Of a stretch of DNA of 64,000 nt, positions 1 to 9,743 are shown piece by piece. Made by a program: the position numbers and the translations under genes. Every line of letters begins with the position of its first letter. The first letter of the stretch is position 1. Source of the stretch: Elusimicrobiota bacterium (lineage in GTDB: Bacteria > Elusimicrobiota > Elusimicrobia > UBA1565 > UBA9628); NCBI GenBank assembly GCA_016212855.1, contig JACRDP010000010.1, positions 42,954 through 106,953 of the forward strand. The letters are read 5' to 3'. The notes under the pieces are model-generated. The model saw only the letters and a program-made list of their open reading frames with translations. It had not been told where the DNA came from and searched no databases.

Positions 1-30
1 CGCGCGTGGAAGACATCGTACGGGTATTGA

Positions 31-1038
31 TCATAACATTTCCCGCAGCGACGCCGTGACATTCCCGAAGAACACCTCGGCCTTCATCATCAGCATGGTC
101 TTTTTGGCATCGTCGGAAAACCACAGTCTTAGCCGCTTGCCTTTCTGAACGAAAATGCCCTCACGAGCCATCCCGGGCTCGACTTGGACCGCGTCAAAAC
201 GCCCGGCGCCGACCTTCACGCGCTCGCGCTTCATGACCTTGATGATCAGCGGCCAGTTGTCGGGAGTGTTCACGTCCACGCGCACCTCGCCGCCGTCCGG
301 GAGAGACTGGGCGCGCGTGTAATAAATGCTGGAGAGGATGTCCTGAACCTGCGCCGGAATCGTCCCGACGCGGACGTTGAAGCGGCCGTCCTTGCTCGTG
401 CGGCGGTTGACGAAGGTTCCGGCGTCGCGGTCGTAGAGCACCCAGTCATCGCGGAAGAAATGGCCCTCGCGCACCTTCTTCGAATAGCCGAGCGAGGTCA
501 AAGTCCGCGCGTCGAGCCAGGACTCATTGATATCGCGGACCACGTAGAACGTGTCGCAGAAGGAATTCGAGCGCGCCTCGCTGACGATGTGATAAGCCGG
601 GCGGCCGTTGAACATGACGATCTTGTCCACGCCGAGCGTGGCTTCGCCGACGGAGAGCAGCCCCCAGGACATGTCGAACACCAGCTTCTCGGGGAAGGCG
701 GGGAGGGGCTTGTAGTCGGGGGAATAGGGGACGGAAGGTCCGAGCAACTGGGCCGGGGACACGATCGAAGTGCTGATCGCCACGCGGCCCCAGAGCCGCT
801 TGCGCGGCTCCGGGATCTCAATAAACGGCTTGATCTCGGCGGCGGAGGCGAGCGTGACGGGCGGAGCGGGCTCCGGCTCGATCGTGACGACGCTGACCGG
901 GACGGTGCTCTGATCGACGAGGATCGGGGCGGCCTCGGTGGCGACGAAGACGACGGGCGCGGGGTCGGTGGCGCGGTGGCGGACGGCGCAGGAGCCGAGG
1001 AGCAGCGCGGCCGCGAGAGCCGCCGAGGCCGTCCTCAT
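31..1038 (-). CDS. DUF3108-like secreted/lipoprotein
   Basis: C-terminal 336 aa of the 31..1794 ORF. ATG (MRTASAALAAALLLGSC) gives a lipoprotein-like signal. Body resembles the DUF3108 family. ATGA overlap with the lpxK stop. Confidence 0.5.
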   Translation of the reverse strand: MRTASAALAAALLLGSCAVRHRATDPAPVVFVATEAAPILVDQSTVPVSVVTIEPEPAPPVTLASAAEIKPFIEIPEPRKRLWGRVAISTSIVSPAQLLGPSVPYSPDYKPLPAFPEKLVFDMSWGLLSVGEATLGVDKIVMFNGRPAYHIVSEARSNSFCDTFYVVRDINESWLDARTLTSLGYSKKVREGHFFRDDWVLYDRDAGTFVNRRTSKDGRFNVRVGTIPAQVQDILSSIYYTRAQSLPDGGEVRVDVNTPDNWPLIIKVMKRERVKVGAGRFDAVQVEPGMAREGIFVQKGKRLRLWFSDDAKKTMLMMKAEVFFGNVTASLREML

Positions 1039-2129
1039 TTCCGGCGAGCCCCGGCGAGCGTTTCCAAAGTGTCGATGAAGGCGTTGCGGCCCTTGAGCAG
1101 CTCGAGCTTGATGCCGAGCACGTACACCTCGCCCTTGAGCTTCTCGCGCCAGTCCGCGGGGAGGCGGACGAAGTCCTTGTGCGTCGTCACCACCGGAAGG
1201 CCTCCACGCAGATCCTCGATCGACTGGAGCTCGCGGCTGGAGTAGGGGTGGTGGTCCGGATAGCGCCAGGACTGGGCGACCGTGATGCCCAGCGCCTCGA
1301 GATTCATCTCGAAGGACAGCGGGTCGCCGATGCCGGAGAGCGCCACGACGGCTTTCTTCTCGAGCGTCGTCAGGGGGAGCTTCGCCTCGGTCTGCACGTC
1401 GAGCAAATGGTCGGCTTTGTGCGCGCTCTCGACGACCAGCACGCCCGGGTGGAGTTGTTCGATGTCCTCGCGCAGGCGCGTGAGCTCGGCGGCGGTGACG
1501 CGGTCGGCGTGCGTGATGACGACCATGCCGGCGCGCCGAAGAGCCGAGAGCGGCTCGCGCAGGTCGCCCAAGGGCAGGAGCCGGCGGCCGCCGAAAGGAT
1601 TGCGCGCGTTGACGAGCACCACGTCGAGATCGCGGTGCAGGGGGAGGTGCTGGAAGCCGTCGTCGAGGATGAGCACCTTGCTGCCGTACATTTCGACGGC
1701 CAACTCGCCCGCCTTGGCCCGGTCCGGGCAGACCAAAACGGGGATGCCCTGGCCCTGCAGGGACTGATGGATCATCCAAGGCTCGTCGCCGCACTCGCGC
1801 CAGTCGCTCTGGCGTCCGTCGAGCAGCACGGAAACCTCTTTGCGCGCCGCCTGCCGGCCGTAGCCGCGGGAGATGATCGCGACCTCGTGGCCGCGCTTGC
1901 GCAAGGTCTCGGCCGCGAGCAGGACCGCGGGCGTCTTGCCCGTGCCGCCGGTGGTGAGGTTGCCGATGCAGACGACCTTGGCTTTGACCTTACTGCGGCT
2001 GAGGACGCCGCTCGCGTACAAACCGCGCCGCGCCATCACGCCGGCTCCGTAGGCCAAGGACGCGGCCCCGAGCAAGGCCCGGCCGCCGGCGCTGGCCTTG
2101 AGCTTCTCGCGGCGCTTGGCCCAGGTCAT
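1035..2129 (-). CDS. lpxK: tetraacyldisaccharide 4'-kinase
   Basis: Start at MTWAKRREKL. P-loop CIGNLTTGGTGKTP and LpxK-like body. The long R/P-rich N-terminal extension of the called ORF is rejected. Confidence 0.85.
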   Translation of the reverse strand: MTWAKRREKLKASAGGRALLGAASLAYGAGVMARRGLYASGVLSRSKVKAKVVCIGNLTTGGTGKTPAVLLAAETLRKRGHEVAIISRGYGRQAARKEVSVLLDGRQSDWRECGDEPWMIHQSLQGQGIPVLVCPDRAKAGELAVEMYGSKVLILDDGFQHLPLHRDLDVVLVNARNPFGGRRLLPLGDLREPLSALRRAGMVVITHADRVTAAELTRLREDIEQLHPGVLVVESAHKADHLLDVQTEAKLPLTTLEKKAVVALSGIGDPLSFEMNLEALGITVAQSWRYPDHHPYSSRELQSIEDLRGGLPVVTTHKDFVRLPADWREKLKGEVYVLGIKLELLKGRNAFIDTLETLAGARRK

Positions 2130-3124
2130 CGGGGCGTTCCGGCCCGCGCGAGGAGTTTTTCCACGGCGGGCAGCACGCGTTCGGCGGGAAGCTGACTGAG
2201 GCACTCGAGATTGTAAGGACAGTCGTTCAATCGGCAGCCGATGCACGGCAATTCGTCGAGGCGGACGAAGGGATGGTTCGGGTGCGGCGGGTTCCAGGCG
2301 TCCGGATCGGAGGAGCCGTGAATCGTGACGGTCGGCACGCCGAGCGCGACGGCGATGTGTTTGGGGCCGGCGCAGTTGGTGACCACGACGCGGCACTGCG
2401 CGAGCTCGCGCGCCAGCTCGCCGATGGTGCGCGTCGCGGGAACGGCGGACGCCCCGGCGCCGATCCCCTTGACGACTTCGTCCGCCAACTCCTTTTCGCC
2501 GGGCCCCCAGAAAACCTTGAGAGCGCAGCCGTGCTTGTCGCGTAATTGCCGGCCGAGCCGGGCGTAGGACGCGGCCGGCCAGCGCCGCGTCTCCTTGCGC
2601 GAAGGCGGCACGAGGCCGACGACGTTGCCCGCCTCCGGAGGATCCTTGACGAGATACAGCTTGGGCAGCTCGGGCGCGTCCGCGGGCGAGACGCCGAGCG
2701 GCTCCAGCCAGCGCACCTTCTCCAGCGCGGCGTAGCAGGTCTGCGAGGACTGCTTCATCTTGACGTTGTACGCCCAACGGCGGCCGACGTGCGCGGGCCC
2801 GGCTTTGACCGGCGCGCGGGACAGCGCCGTGATCAGGGCCGTACGGGGATTGGCCAAAAAGTCGATCACCCAGTCGTACCGGCGAGCGCGGATCGTGAGC
2901 GCCCAGTTCAGCGCGCCGACCGGGCCCTCGGCGTCGTACACGAGGATCTCATCGATCGCGGGGTTTCCCGCCACGGCCTCCGCCCCCGGAGCTTCGACGA
3001 GGAAATCGATCTTGGCGTCGGGGAATTTCTTGCGCAGGGCTTCCAATGCGGGCGTCGTCAAAATCACGTCGCCGAGGCGGCGCAATTGAATGACGAGGAT
3101 CGAGCGCGGAGCCGAGATTTCCAT
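2126..3124 (-). CDS. glycosyltransferase family 9 (LPS heptosyltransferase-like)
   Basis: ILVIQLRRLGDVILTTPALEALRKKFPDAKIDFLV N-terminus typical of GT9. ATGA overlap with lpxK. Confidence 0.75.
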   Translation of the reverse strand: MEISAPRSILVIQLRRLGDVILTTPALEALRKKFPDAKIDFLVEAPGAEAVAGNPAIDEILVYDAEGPVGALNWALTIRARRYDWVIDFLANPRTALITALSRAPVKAGPAHVGRRWAYNVKMKQSSQTCYAALEKVRWLEPLGVSPADAPELPKLYLVKDPPEAGNVVGLVPPSRKETRRWPAASYARLGRQLRDKHGCALKVFWGPGEKELADEVVKGIGAGASAVPATRTIGELARELAQCRVVVTNCAGPKHIAVALGVPTVTIHGSSDPDAWNPPHPNHPFVRLDELPCIGCRLNDCPYNLECLSQLPAERVLPAVEKLLARAGTPR

Positions 3125-3937
3125 TTAAAAGCGAGCCTTTCCGCGCGTCATGTTCAGATGGAAGTCGAACATGTTGTCATCGCCGCGGATGAGCAGGCGC
3201 TTGACGGCTTCCTTCTCGCGGTTCCAGGGCAACGGCGAGATGCCCTGCTTGACGGAGAAATCGAACCGGTAGCCCGCGTCGAGAGCGGCCTTGCGCACCT
3301 CGGGCTTATACGCGCCCGAGCCGTAGGGATAGGCGAAGCCGATCATCTCCCGGCCGAGCTTCTCCTCGAGACGCTTCTTGGACTCGGTCAGCTCCCATTT
3401 GACCTCGTCGAGCGAAAGCTCGGCGAGGTTCCGGTGGCGCATGGTGTGCGAGCCGAACTCGACGAGGCCGCTGTCCTGCATCTCCTTGATCTGCTGCCAG
3501 GTGAGCATCTTGAGCCAGGGCTCGGTTTTGGGATCATGCCAGCCGTTGTGCTTCTCCATCGTCTCGTAGACGAGGAAGATGCAGCCCTTCATCCCGAACT
3601 CCTTGAGCAGGGGGAAGGCCAGGTCGTAATTGTTCATGTACCCGTCGTCGAAGGTGATCAGGACGGGCTTCTCGGGCAAGGGTTTCACGCCCTTCTCGGC
3701 GTCGCGCCAGTCGCGGAAATCGATCGCGGTGTAGCCGTGATCCTTCAGGTACTGGAGCTGCTTACGAAAATCGGCGGTCGTGACCCAGAGCTTGGCGAGC
3801 TCCGAGCCGGGGGGATAGTCACCGATCTTGTGGTACATCAACGCGGGCATCCCGCCGGTCACCGGGGGGCGCCACCAGTTCCAGCGCGCGCTGGCGCCGA
3901 GCGCGACGGCGCCGAGAGCGGCGAGCTCACCGATCAT
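3125..3937 (-). CDS. polysaccharide deacetylase (CE4/NodB domain)
   Basis: FDDGYMNNY ... HTMRHRNL motifs of the NodB homology domain. N-terminal TM segment. Confidence 0.75.
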   Translation of the reverse strand: MIGELAALGAVALGASARWNWWRPPVTGGMPALMYHKIGDYPPGSELAKLWVTTADFRKQLQYLKDHGYTAIDFRDWRDAEKGVKPLPEKPVLITFDDGYMNNYDLAFPLLKEFGMKGCIFLVYETMEKHNGWHDPKTEPWLKMLTWQQIKEMQDSGLVEFGSHTMRHRNLAELSLDEVKWELTESKKRLEEKLGREMIGFAYPYGSGAYKPEVRKAALDAGYRFDFSVKQGISPLPWNREKEAVKRLLIRGDDNMFDFHLNMTRGKARF

Positions 3938-4004
3938 GAGGATATCCCCCGGACTTCCAACGTTGGAAACGCTGGGGATAACTCGAGGGCCAAGCTCGCT
4001 GCGC

Positions 4005-4766
4005 TCATCGAGAATTCGCCTTCTGCATACGGCCCAGTTTAACGTATTTAAGCCAGCTGTGGTAGGCGGAGAGGCGGGCCCAGGTCAGGCCGGGGCCCCC
4101 GTCGAGGATTCCGAGCTTGAGCACAAGACGGGAGAACAGCTCCCAGGGGTAGATCAGATGGTGGAAAACGGTGAAGCGCTTGCCGGCGGCGAAGCGCTTT
4201 TGGGCGCCGAGATCGGTGTAGCGCTCGAGCTTGGACATGTAGTCGGCGACGTCGCGATACGGCTCATGGATGATCTCGCTGTTGAGACGGCCGACGGGGC
4301 CATCCAGAACGAGACTTTCATGAATGGCTCCACCGGTAAAGCGGGCCTTGTCGCGGCGGAACAGACGGATGTGGTGCTCGTGGCCGAGGCCGCCCCAACG
4401 CATCTCGCGGCCGAGGAAACGGACACGAAACGGAACGTCAAAGGCGACGAATGAAGAACTCTCCGAGAGAGCCCGCTTTATTTCTTGGGCCAAATCGCCG
4501 GTCAACCTTTCATCCGGATCGATCCATAAACACCAGTCGCCTTCGGCGACATTTAAACTGGCCTGGCGCATGCTCGCGTAATCGTCGAATTTTCGGCGGC
4601 TGGTTTTGGCCTTATATCGCTTCGCGATATTTTCGGTCTCGTCCGACGTATCATCGGAAACGACGACGACGATCTCGTTGACGAGCCCATGGATTGAATC
4701 CAAGCAGCCCGGAAGATCCTGAGCCTCATCCTTCGCTATTAATATCGCGCTAAGAGAGGGAGTCAT
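4005..4766 (-). CDS. glycosyltransferase family 2 (LPS core, KdtX/WaaE-like)
   Basis: ILIAKDEAQDLPGCLDSI ... DPDERL motifs of a GT-A fold GT2. Confidence 0.7.
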   Translation of the reverse strand: MTPSLSAILIAKDEAQDLPGCLDSIHGLVNEIVVVVSDDTSDETENIAKRYKAKTSRRKFDDYASMRQASLNVAEGDWCLWIDPDERLTGDLAQEIKRALSESSSFVAFDVPFRVRFLGREMRWGGLGHEHHIRLFRRDKARFTGGAIHESLVLDGPVGRLNSEIIHEPYRDVADYMSKLERYTDLGAQKRFAAGKRFTVFHHLIYPWELFSRLVLKLGILDGGPGLTWARLSAYHSWLKYVKLGRMQKANSR

Positions 4767-5850
4767 AGATCTTCTCCATATCGTTGGCCATGCGCGTGAG
4801 ACCGAAGCGGCCGATCGTCGCGCGGCTCTCCTCAGCGAAGTTCTTGCGCAGGTGCGCGTCGTCGATCAGGCGGAGGATGACGCCCGCGAGCGCTTCCGGA
4901 TTGCGGGGCTGGACCAGGAATCCGGTCGCACCGTCCTCCACCACCTCGGGGATGCCGCCCGCCGTCGTCGCGCAGATCGGCACGCCGCAGGCTGACGCCT
5001 CGATCAGGACCGAGCCCATGCCTTCGCCCCACGAGGACTGGACGTAGATGTCGAGCGCTTTCAACAACGGAATGGGATCGGCGCGGTGACCTAAGAGCAA
5101 GACCTTGCCGAGAAGCCCCATACGCTTAATGCTTTCGAATAATTTTTCTTCCTCGGGACCGCGGCCGGCGATGAGGAACTTCGTTTTCGGCCGCTGGAGC
5201 AGAACGATGACGGCGGCGGCAATTAACGTGTCGTGATCTTTGTGCGGGACCAGCGCAGCCAGGTTGCCGATTAATATCGAATCCAACGGAAAGTTGAACT
5301 CCTGGGCGAGCGCCTTTCGGTGCGATTCGCGTTCGGACGGATTAGGAACGGCAAAACGATCGGGATCGATCATGGCCCATTTGGATTCCTCCGGAGTCAC
5401 CGGAAGTCCGTCGGGAATGACGGCCAATTTATTCTCCGGAGTGCCGGCGGCTTTCATGATTTCGGCGATCGCTTTCGAAACGCAGACGACTTTCCCGGCG
5501 GAGCCGTAATTAAAACGCGCGCTCAACGGCTTCACCCCGAAATCGACGCGCCGGTGCGAGACCGACGGCACGCCGATCAAGGAAGCGACCGCCGCCGTTT
5601 TGGCGGCATGGCCCGTATGCGCATGAATGATCGCGCCCTCGGCCCGGGCGGCGAGAGGCAAGGCCAGCGAGGCGGGACGCGTTTCGAAGCCCTGCCGGCG
5701 CGCCTCGGCCTCGAGCTCGCCGCCGCTCTTCGCGCAGATGACGTTGCGGCGCCCGCGGGCGCGCAGGGCCGCGGCGAGGTAGAGGAGCTGGCGCTCCCCG
5801 CCGCGCAGGCCCGGCTCGGCGTCACAGTGGTAGATGGGCCGTGGCTTCAT
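4750..5850 (-). CDS. glycosyltransferase family 4
   Basis: GT4 C-terminal motif GEGMGSVLIEASACGVPICATTAGGIPEVVEDGATGFLV. Confidence 0.75.
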   Translation of the reverse strand: MKPRPIYHCDAEPGLRGGERQLLYLAAALRARGRRNVICAKSGGELEAEARRQGFETRPASLALPLAARAEGAIIHAHTGHAAKTAAVASLIGVPSVSHRRVDFGVKPLSARFNYGSAGKVVCVSKAIAEIMKAAGTPENKLAVIPDGLPVTPEESKWAMIDPDRFAVPNPSERESHRKALAQEFNFPLDSILIGNLAALVPHKDHDTLIAAAVIVLLQRPKTKFLIAGRGPEEEKLFESIKRMGLLGKVLLLGHRADPIPLLKALDIYVQSSWGEGMGSVLIEASACGVPICATTAGGIPEVVEDGATGFLVQPRNPEALAGVILRLIDDAHLRKNFAEESRATIGRFGLTRMANDMEKIYDSLS

Positions 5851-6877
5851 TGTAGACGCGTTGCGTGGTTTCGTAGAACTGATCGAGCCCGAAGGACTGC
5901 TCCCAACTGGCGCGCCCGGCGCGGCCGAGACGCTCGGCGAGCTTGGGGTCTTTCAAGAGCGAGTGGATGGCTTCGCGCAGGGCGGCGGAGTCGCCGGGCT
6001 CGACGAGGAGGCCGGTGACGCCGTCCTCGACCATGTCGGGGATGCCGCCGACGCGGGACGCCACGACGGGGCGACCCAGCGCCATCCATTCGAGCGTCGC
6101 GCGCGAGACCGCCTCGGAACCGAGCGAGGGGACGACGCCGATCCGGCAGGAGGCCAGAAACGCCCACTTGTCCGCGACGCGGCCGGGGAAGTCGACGACG
6201 CCCTCGAGGCCCGCGGGCTTGAGCTGCCAGCTCAGGCGCTGAAGCAGCTTGCCCTCGCCCGCGCAGCGGACCTTCAGGCCGGGCACGGCGGACTTCAGCC
6301 GCGCGGCCGCGTCGATGAGGATCTCGTGGCCTTTGACCTTGTCGAAGCGCGCGATCATGCCCACGATGGGCGCCGCGGGCAGGAAGGTCGCGTGCGCGGG
6401 GCCGTCGATGCCCTGCGGCACCCGCGCGACCTTGGCTTCGGGGAAGGCGGACTTGATGGAGACGCCGAGTTCCGTGTTGGCGGCGATGAAGGCGTCCGTG
6501 CGGCCGGCGACCGCTCGGGTCAGGACGTTGGGGCTGGCGGGTCGCGCGTCGCCGCGGGTGCGAACCACCGCGGCGGGGCGTCCCGACGCGAGCGTGACGG
6601 CGAGCGCGTGGGCCGAGCCGGTGTGCGCGTTGATCACGCGCGGCGCGAACTTGGCGCACAGCCGCCTCTGCTCGGGCCAATGGAGCAGGCCGGGCGCGCC
6701 GCCGCTGAAGCCGCGCACGGGGAGCCCCAGCGCGCGCGCCTGGGTCAGCACGGGCGAGTCCGCGCGGCCCCAGAATTCGACGCGGTGCCCGCGCCGCGCC
6801 TGCTCGGCGGCCAAGGTCAGCGCGTAATGGGCGATGCCCGAGTCCCAGGGCTCGTCTTCGATATGAAGGATATTCAT
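5822..6877 (-). CDS. glycosyltransferase family 4
   Basis: Start at MNILHIEDEPW. GT4 motif EAVSRATLEWMALGRPVVASRVGGIPDMVEDGVTGLLV. The R-rich upstream part of the called ORF is rejected. Confidence 0.75.
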   Translation of the reverse strand: MNILHIEDEPWDSGIAHYALTLAAEQARRGHRVEFWGRADSPVLTQARALGLPVRGFSGGAPGLLHWPEQRRLCAKFAPRVINAHTGSAHALAVTLASGRPAAVVRTRGDARPASPNVLTRAVAGRTDAFIAANTELGVSIKSAFPEAKVARVPQGIDGPAHATFLPAAPIVGMIARFDKVKGHEILIDAAARLKSAVPGLKVRCAGEGKLLQRLSWQLKPAGLEGVVDFPGRVADKWAFLASCRIGVVPSLGSEAVSRATLEWMALGRPVVASRVGGIPDMVEDGVTGLLVEPGDSAALREAIHSLLKDPKLAERLGRAGRASWEQSFGLDQFYETTQRVYNEATAHLPL

Positions 6878-8373
6878 GCCGGCACGCCCTTCAGTACGTC
6901 GCGGCACGCGGCATGCACCTGGTCCACGGTCAGCAGGCGCATGCAGAGGAAGTGGCTCTCGGGGCAGGTTTTCGCGCCGTGCAGGCCGCACGGCCGGCAA
7001 GCCAGGTCTGCCTCGATGACGCGGTGGCCGGGGCCGTAGGGGAAAAAGCCGAGCTCGCGCGTGGTCGCGCCGAAGATCGCCACGACGGGCACGCCGGAAG
7101 CGGCGGCCAAGTGCATGGGTCCCGAGTCGTTGGTCACGAACACCGACATCCGCCCCATCAGGGACTTGAGGTCCTCGAGATCGGTTTTGCCGACAAGATC
7201 CAGGGCTTCGCAATCCTTGGCGATGCTCGCGCCCAAGGCTTTGTCGTCGGGGCCGCCGACGAGGACCGGGGTGAAGCCGTCGGCTTTCAGGCGCCGGCAC
7301 AGCTCGACGAAGCGCTCGGGCAGCCAGCGCTTGGTGGCCCAGGCCGAGCCGGGGTGCACGCCCGCGAGGCGTCCCGCTGGAAGCATCGCCGCCAGCTTCT
7401 CGCTCGACGGCGGGGGAGCGACGTAGCGCGACTCGCCGGCCGCCGGGGCCGCGCCGGCGCCGAGGGGCAAGGTCAGCGACAAATTGCGCTCAAGGTCGTG
7501 CATGAGCCAGGAGAAAGGGACCGTGTCGGTGAGCAGGAATGATCCGGCGCTCGAGTCGAAGCCGATCCGGCGGGGTATGGCCGCGAGCTTGGCGATCAAT
7601 GCCGAACGGAAGGAGCGGTGGGGAATCACGACGAGGTCGAAGCCGCGGGACTTCAGCTCGTCGGCGATTTTCCAGGGGCCGGTCGGACCGCCGTGAACGC
7701 CGCGCTTGTCGTCGATGAGAATTTCATCCACCCAAGGCGTGCCCCGGAACACGCCCGCGGTTTTCTCGAGCGTCAGGACGGTGAGCTTGGCGTCGGGCAG
7801 GATCTCCTTTAGGCGGCGCAGGAGGGGCAAGGTCAGCAGGCTGTCGCCGAGGAACGCCGATTGCATGATGAGCGCGTTGCGGGCCCCGCTCGCCTGTCCG
7901 GTGATCCCGTAGTCACCCGAGCTCATCGCGCTCGCCGAGCGCGGCACGCCCCAAGCGGCCAGCGCCTCGTGATAGCGGTCGACGGTGTGGCGCTGGAGCC
8001 CGGGCGTGGAAACCTTGAAGGCCACGAACAGGCGCCGGGCCAGGGCGTTCTTGCGGTAGGTCGCGGTATTGGGCACACGCGCCAAGGTCCGGATCAGGAA
8101 GGAGCGCAGGTTTCCGTGCAGGTCCAGCAGATGAGTAAAACCGCCGTTTTTGATGAATTTGACGGCGGCGAAGACGCCGTCGAAGGGCACGACCTCGTCC
8201 ACGCCCGGATGGCCCTTGAGAGCGGGGGCGAACTGGGGTTTGACGAGGACCGTGACCCGGCAGTCGGGCCAATGGGCTTTCAGGCTCTTATAAACCGGCC
8301 CGGTCAAGACGACGTCACCGAGGCTGGAAAGCCGTATAACGAGGATTTTGGGCGACAACGACGATTGTATCAT
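6874..8373 (-). CDS. glycosyltransferase family 9 with duplicated N-terminal GT9 half
   Basis: Two GT9 N-domain signatures (ILVIRLSSLGDVVLTGPVYKSLK and ALIMQSAFLGDSLLTLPLLRRLKE). One C-terminal GT9 domain (VFVTNDSGPMHLAAASGVPVVAIFG). Confidence 0.65.
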   Translation of the reverse strand: MIQSSLSPKILVIRLSSLGDVVLTGPVYKSLKAHWPDCRVTVLVKPQFAPALKGHPGVDEVVPFDGVFAAVKFIKNGGFTHLLDLHGNLRSFLIRTLARVPNTATYRKNALARRLFVAFKVSTPGLQRHTVDRYHEALAAWGVPRSASAMSSGDYGITGQASGARNALIMQSAFLGDSLLTLPLLRRLKEILPDAKLTVLTLEKTAGVFRGTPWVDEILIDDKRGVHGGPTGPWKIADELKSRGFDLVVIPHRSFRSALIAKLAAIPRRIGFDSSAGSFLLTDTVPFSWLMHDLERNLSLTLPLGAGAAPAAGESRYVAPPPSSEKLAAMLPAGRLAGVHPGSAWATKRWLPERFVELCRRLKADGFTPVLVGGPDDKALGASIAKDCEALDLVGKTDLEDLKSLMGRMSVFVTNDSGPMHLAAASGVPVVAIFGATTRELGFFPYGPGHRVIEADLACRPCGLHGAKTCPESHFLCMRLLTVDQVHAACRDVLKGVPA

Positions 8374-8398
8374 TTAGCCCGGCGGGGGGTCTTGGCGA

Positions 8399-8447
8399 GC
8401 CTCAAAAAGTTATCCACAAACTGGTCCCGGTACCAGTTTGTGGATAA
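8399..8447 (-). terminator. intrinsic terminator-like hairpin (18-bp perfect stem, T-tract on minus strand)
   Basis: AGTTATCCACAAACTGGT-loop-ACCAGTTTGTGGATAACT followed on the minus strand by TTTTTGAGG. Lies between the GT-C gene and the tandem GT9 gene. Stem is AT-rich relative to the genome. Confidence 0.45.
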
Positions 8448-8450
8448 CTT

Positions 8451-9743
8451 CTACCGGATTTGAGACGAAAGGCCTAGAACGAACTCGCGCATCGTCTTGG
8501 CGTGGGCCCGGCGGCCGTCGGCCTCGCCGGGACGGCCCGCGGCCTGCTCGGCGTCGGCCAGGCGCTCGAGGGCGAACGAGCTCAGCGGTGACGCCTCGAC
8601 GGCCTTGGTCCAGAGCGCGACATCCGAGGACCAGACGGGGAGTTGAAGGCGCGTGAGGACCGCCAGCGCTATGATGACGGCGCCGGCGACCGGGCGGAAT
8701 ATGTTCCGGTCGAGGCCGCGGCCGAGCATGCCGGCCGCCAACAAGGACAGCGGGATCGACGGGAGATAGGACCAGCGATCGGCCGCGGTCATGCGCCCGG
8801 ACTTGAACAGGCCGAGCGCGGGAAGGAGAAGGATCGCGTAGGCCAGGACGGCCAAGACGAGCCCGGGGGCGCGTCGGCGATAGACGACGAGCAGCGCGAC
8901 CGCGGTCAGCACGCTGGTCGCGGCGAGGCTGAAGGGAAGCGGCTCGAGGAGCACCGAGCGTTCGTACAGAGGGGCGAGACCCAGCGGCGCGAGCGTTTTC
9001 CAAGGATAGAATGCGAGGTTGTAGAACGACTGGGCGAGGCGGTGCGCGACGCCGAAGTCCGCGAACGAGACGGCCGCGCCGCTGCCGGCCTGAGCGACGA
9101 TATTGACCGCGAGCGCCACCAAGGCGAACGGGAGGTACTCGAGCTTCTCGCGCCAGCGCGGCTTTCCCTCGAGGCGGACGTCGAGCACGAGCCATACGGC
9201 GGGCAGAACGACGGCGAACACCTTGGCCGTCATCGCGAGCGCGGTCAGCAAAAGGGCCAGTCGCCGCCGTGAGGGGTTGTGCTTGCCGTCGACGTAGGTC
9301 AAGGCGGCGCAGATCGACAACAGGCCGCACAGGACGTCGCGGCGCTCGGTGATCCAGGCCACGGACTCGACGCGCAGAGGATGCAGCGCCCAGAACAGCG
9401 CGGCGAAAAGGGCGGGGACCTTCAGGCGGCGGGCGAGGAAGAAAAGCGCGACCGCGCCGGCGGCGTGGATGAGCACGTTCATCAGGTGATGGCCGAAGGG
9501 GCCGTCGCCCCAGATGAGGCGGTCGAGGGCGAAGGAGAGCCAGGTCAGAGGCTGCCAGTGGCCGAGCTTGGATCCGGAGAGCATGAACGCGAGGCCCGGG
9601 CGGTCGAAGCGAAGCAAGGGATTCGCGGCGACGTTCTGGAAATCGTCCCAGTTGAGGAACGAGAAGCTCAGGGCGGGCAGGAAGACGGCGACCACGAACG
9701 CGAACACGCCGCCGGCGAGTAGCCGGTCGTCGCGCTCAGACAC
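8451..9743 (-). CDS. polytopic membrane protein, GT-C fold-like (PMT/TMTC-type N-terminal domain)
   Basis: GTG start (VSERDD) overlaps the waaA stop by 8 nt. Multiple TM segments. NWDDFQNV...HHLMNVLIHAAGAV motif region resembles the N-domain of PMT/TMTC-type glycosyltransferases. Upstream portion of the called ORF lies inside waaA. Confidence 0.5.
   Translation of the reverse strand: MSERDDRLLAGGVFAFVVAVFLPALSFSFLNWDDFQNVAANPLLRFDRPGLAFMLSGSKLGHWQPLTWLSFALDRLIWGDGPFGHHLMNVLIHAAGAVALFFLARRLKVPALFAALFWALHPLRVESVAWITERRDVLCGLLSICAALTYVDGKHNPSRRRLALLLTALAMTAKVFAVVLPAVWLVLDVRLEGKPRWREKLEYLPFALVALAVNIVAQAGSGAAVSFADFGVAHRLAQSFYNLAFYPWKTLAPLGLAPLYERSVLLEPLPFSLAATSVLTAVALLVVYRRRAPGLVLAVLAYAILLLPALGLFKSGRMTAADRWSYLPSIPLSLLAAGMLGRGLDRNIFRPVAGAVIIALAVLTRLQLPVWSSDVALWTKAVEASPLSSFALERLADAEQAAGRPGEADGRRAHAKTMREFVLGLSSQIR

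Noticed and set aside
184-1245. 353-aa plus-strand ORF, Arg/Asp/Gly-rich
   Set aside because: Antisense or alternate frame of the DUF3108 and lpxK genes. High-GC genomes generate long spurious ORFs, and the composition is non-protein-like.
2546-4042. 498-aa plus-strand ORF
   Set aside because: Lies opposite the well-supported GT9 and CE4 genes. No motifs and an R/G/L-biased composition.
5834-7039. 401-aa plus-strand ORF plus the 5847..6680 minus ORF
   Set aside because: Overlap the GT4 gene, which carries clear GT4 motifs. The R/G/A-rich translations are typical of wrong-frame GC-rich DNA.
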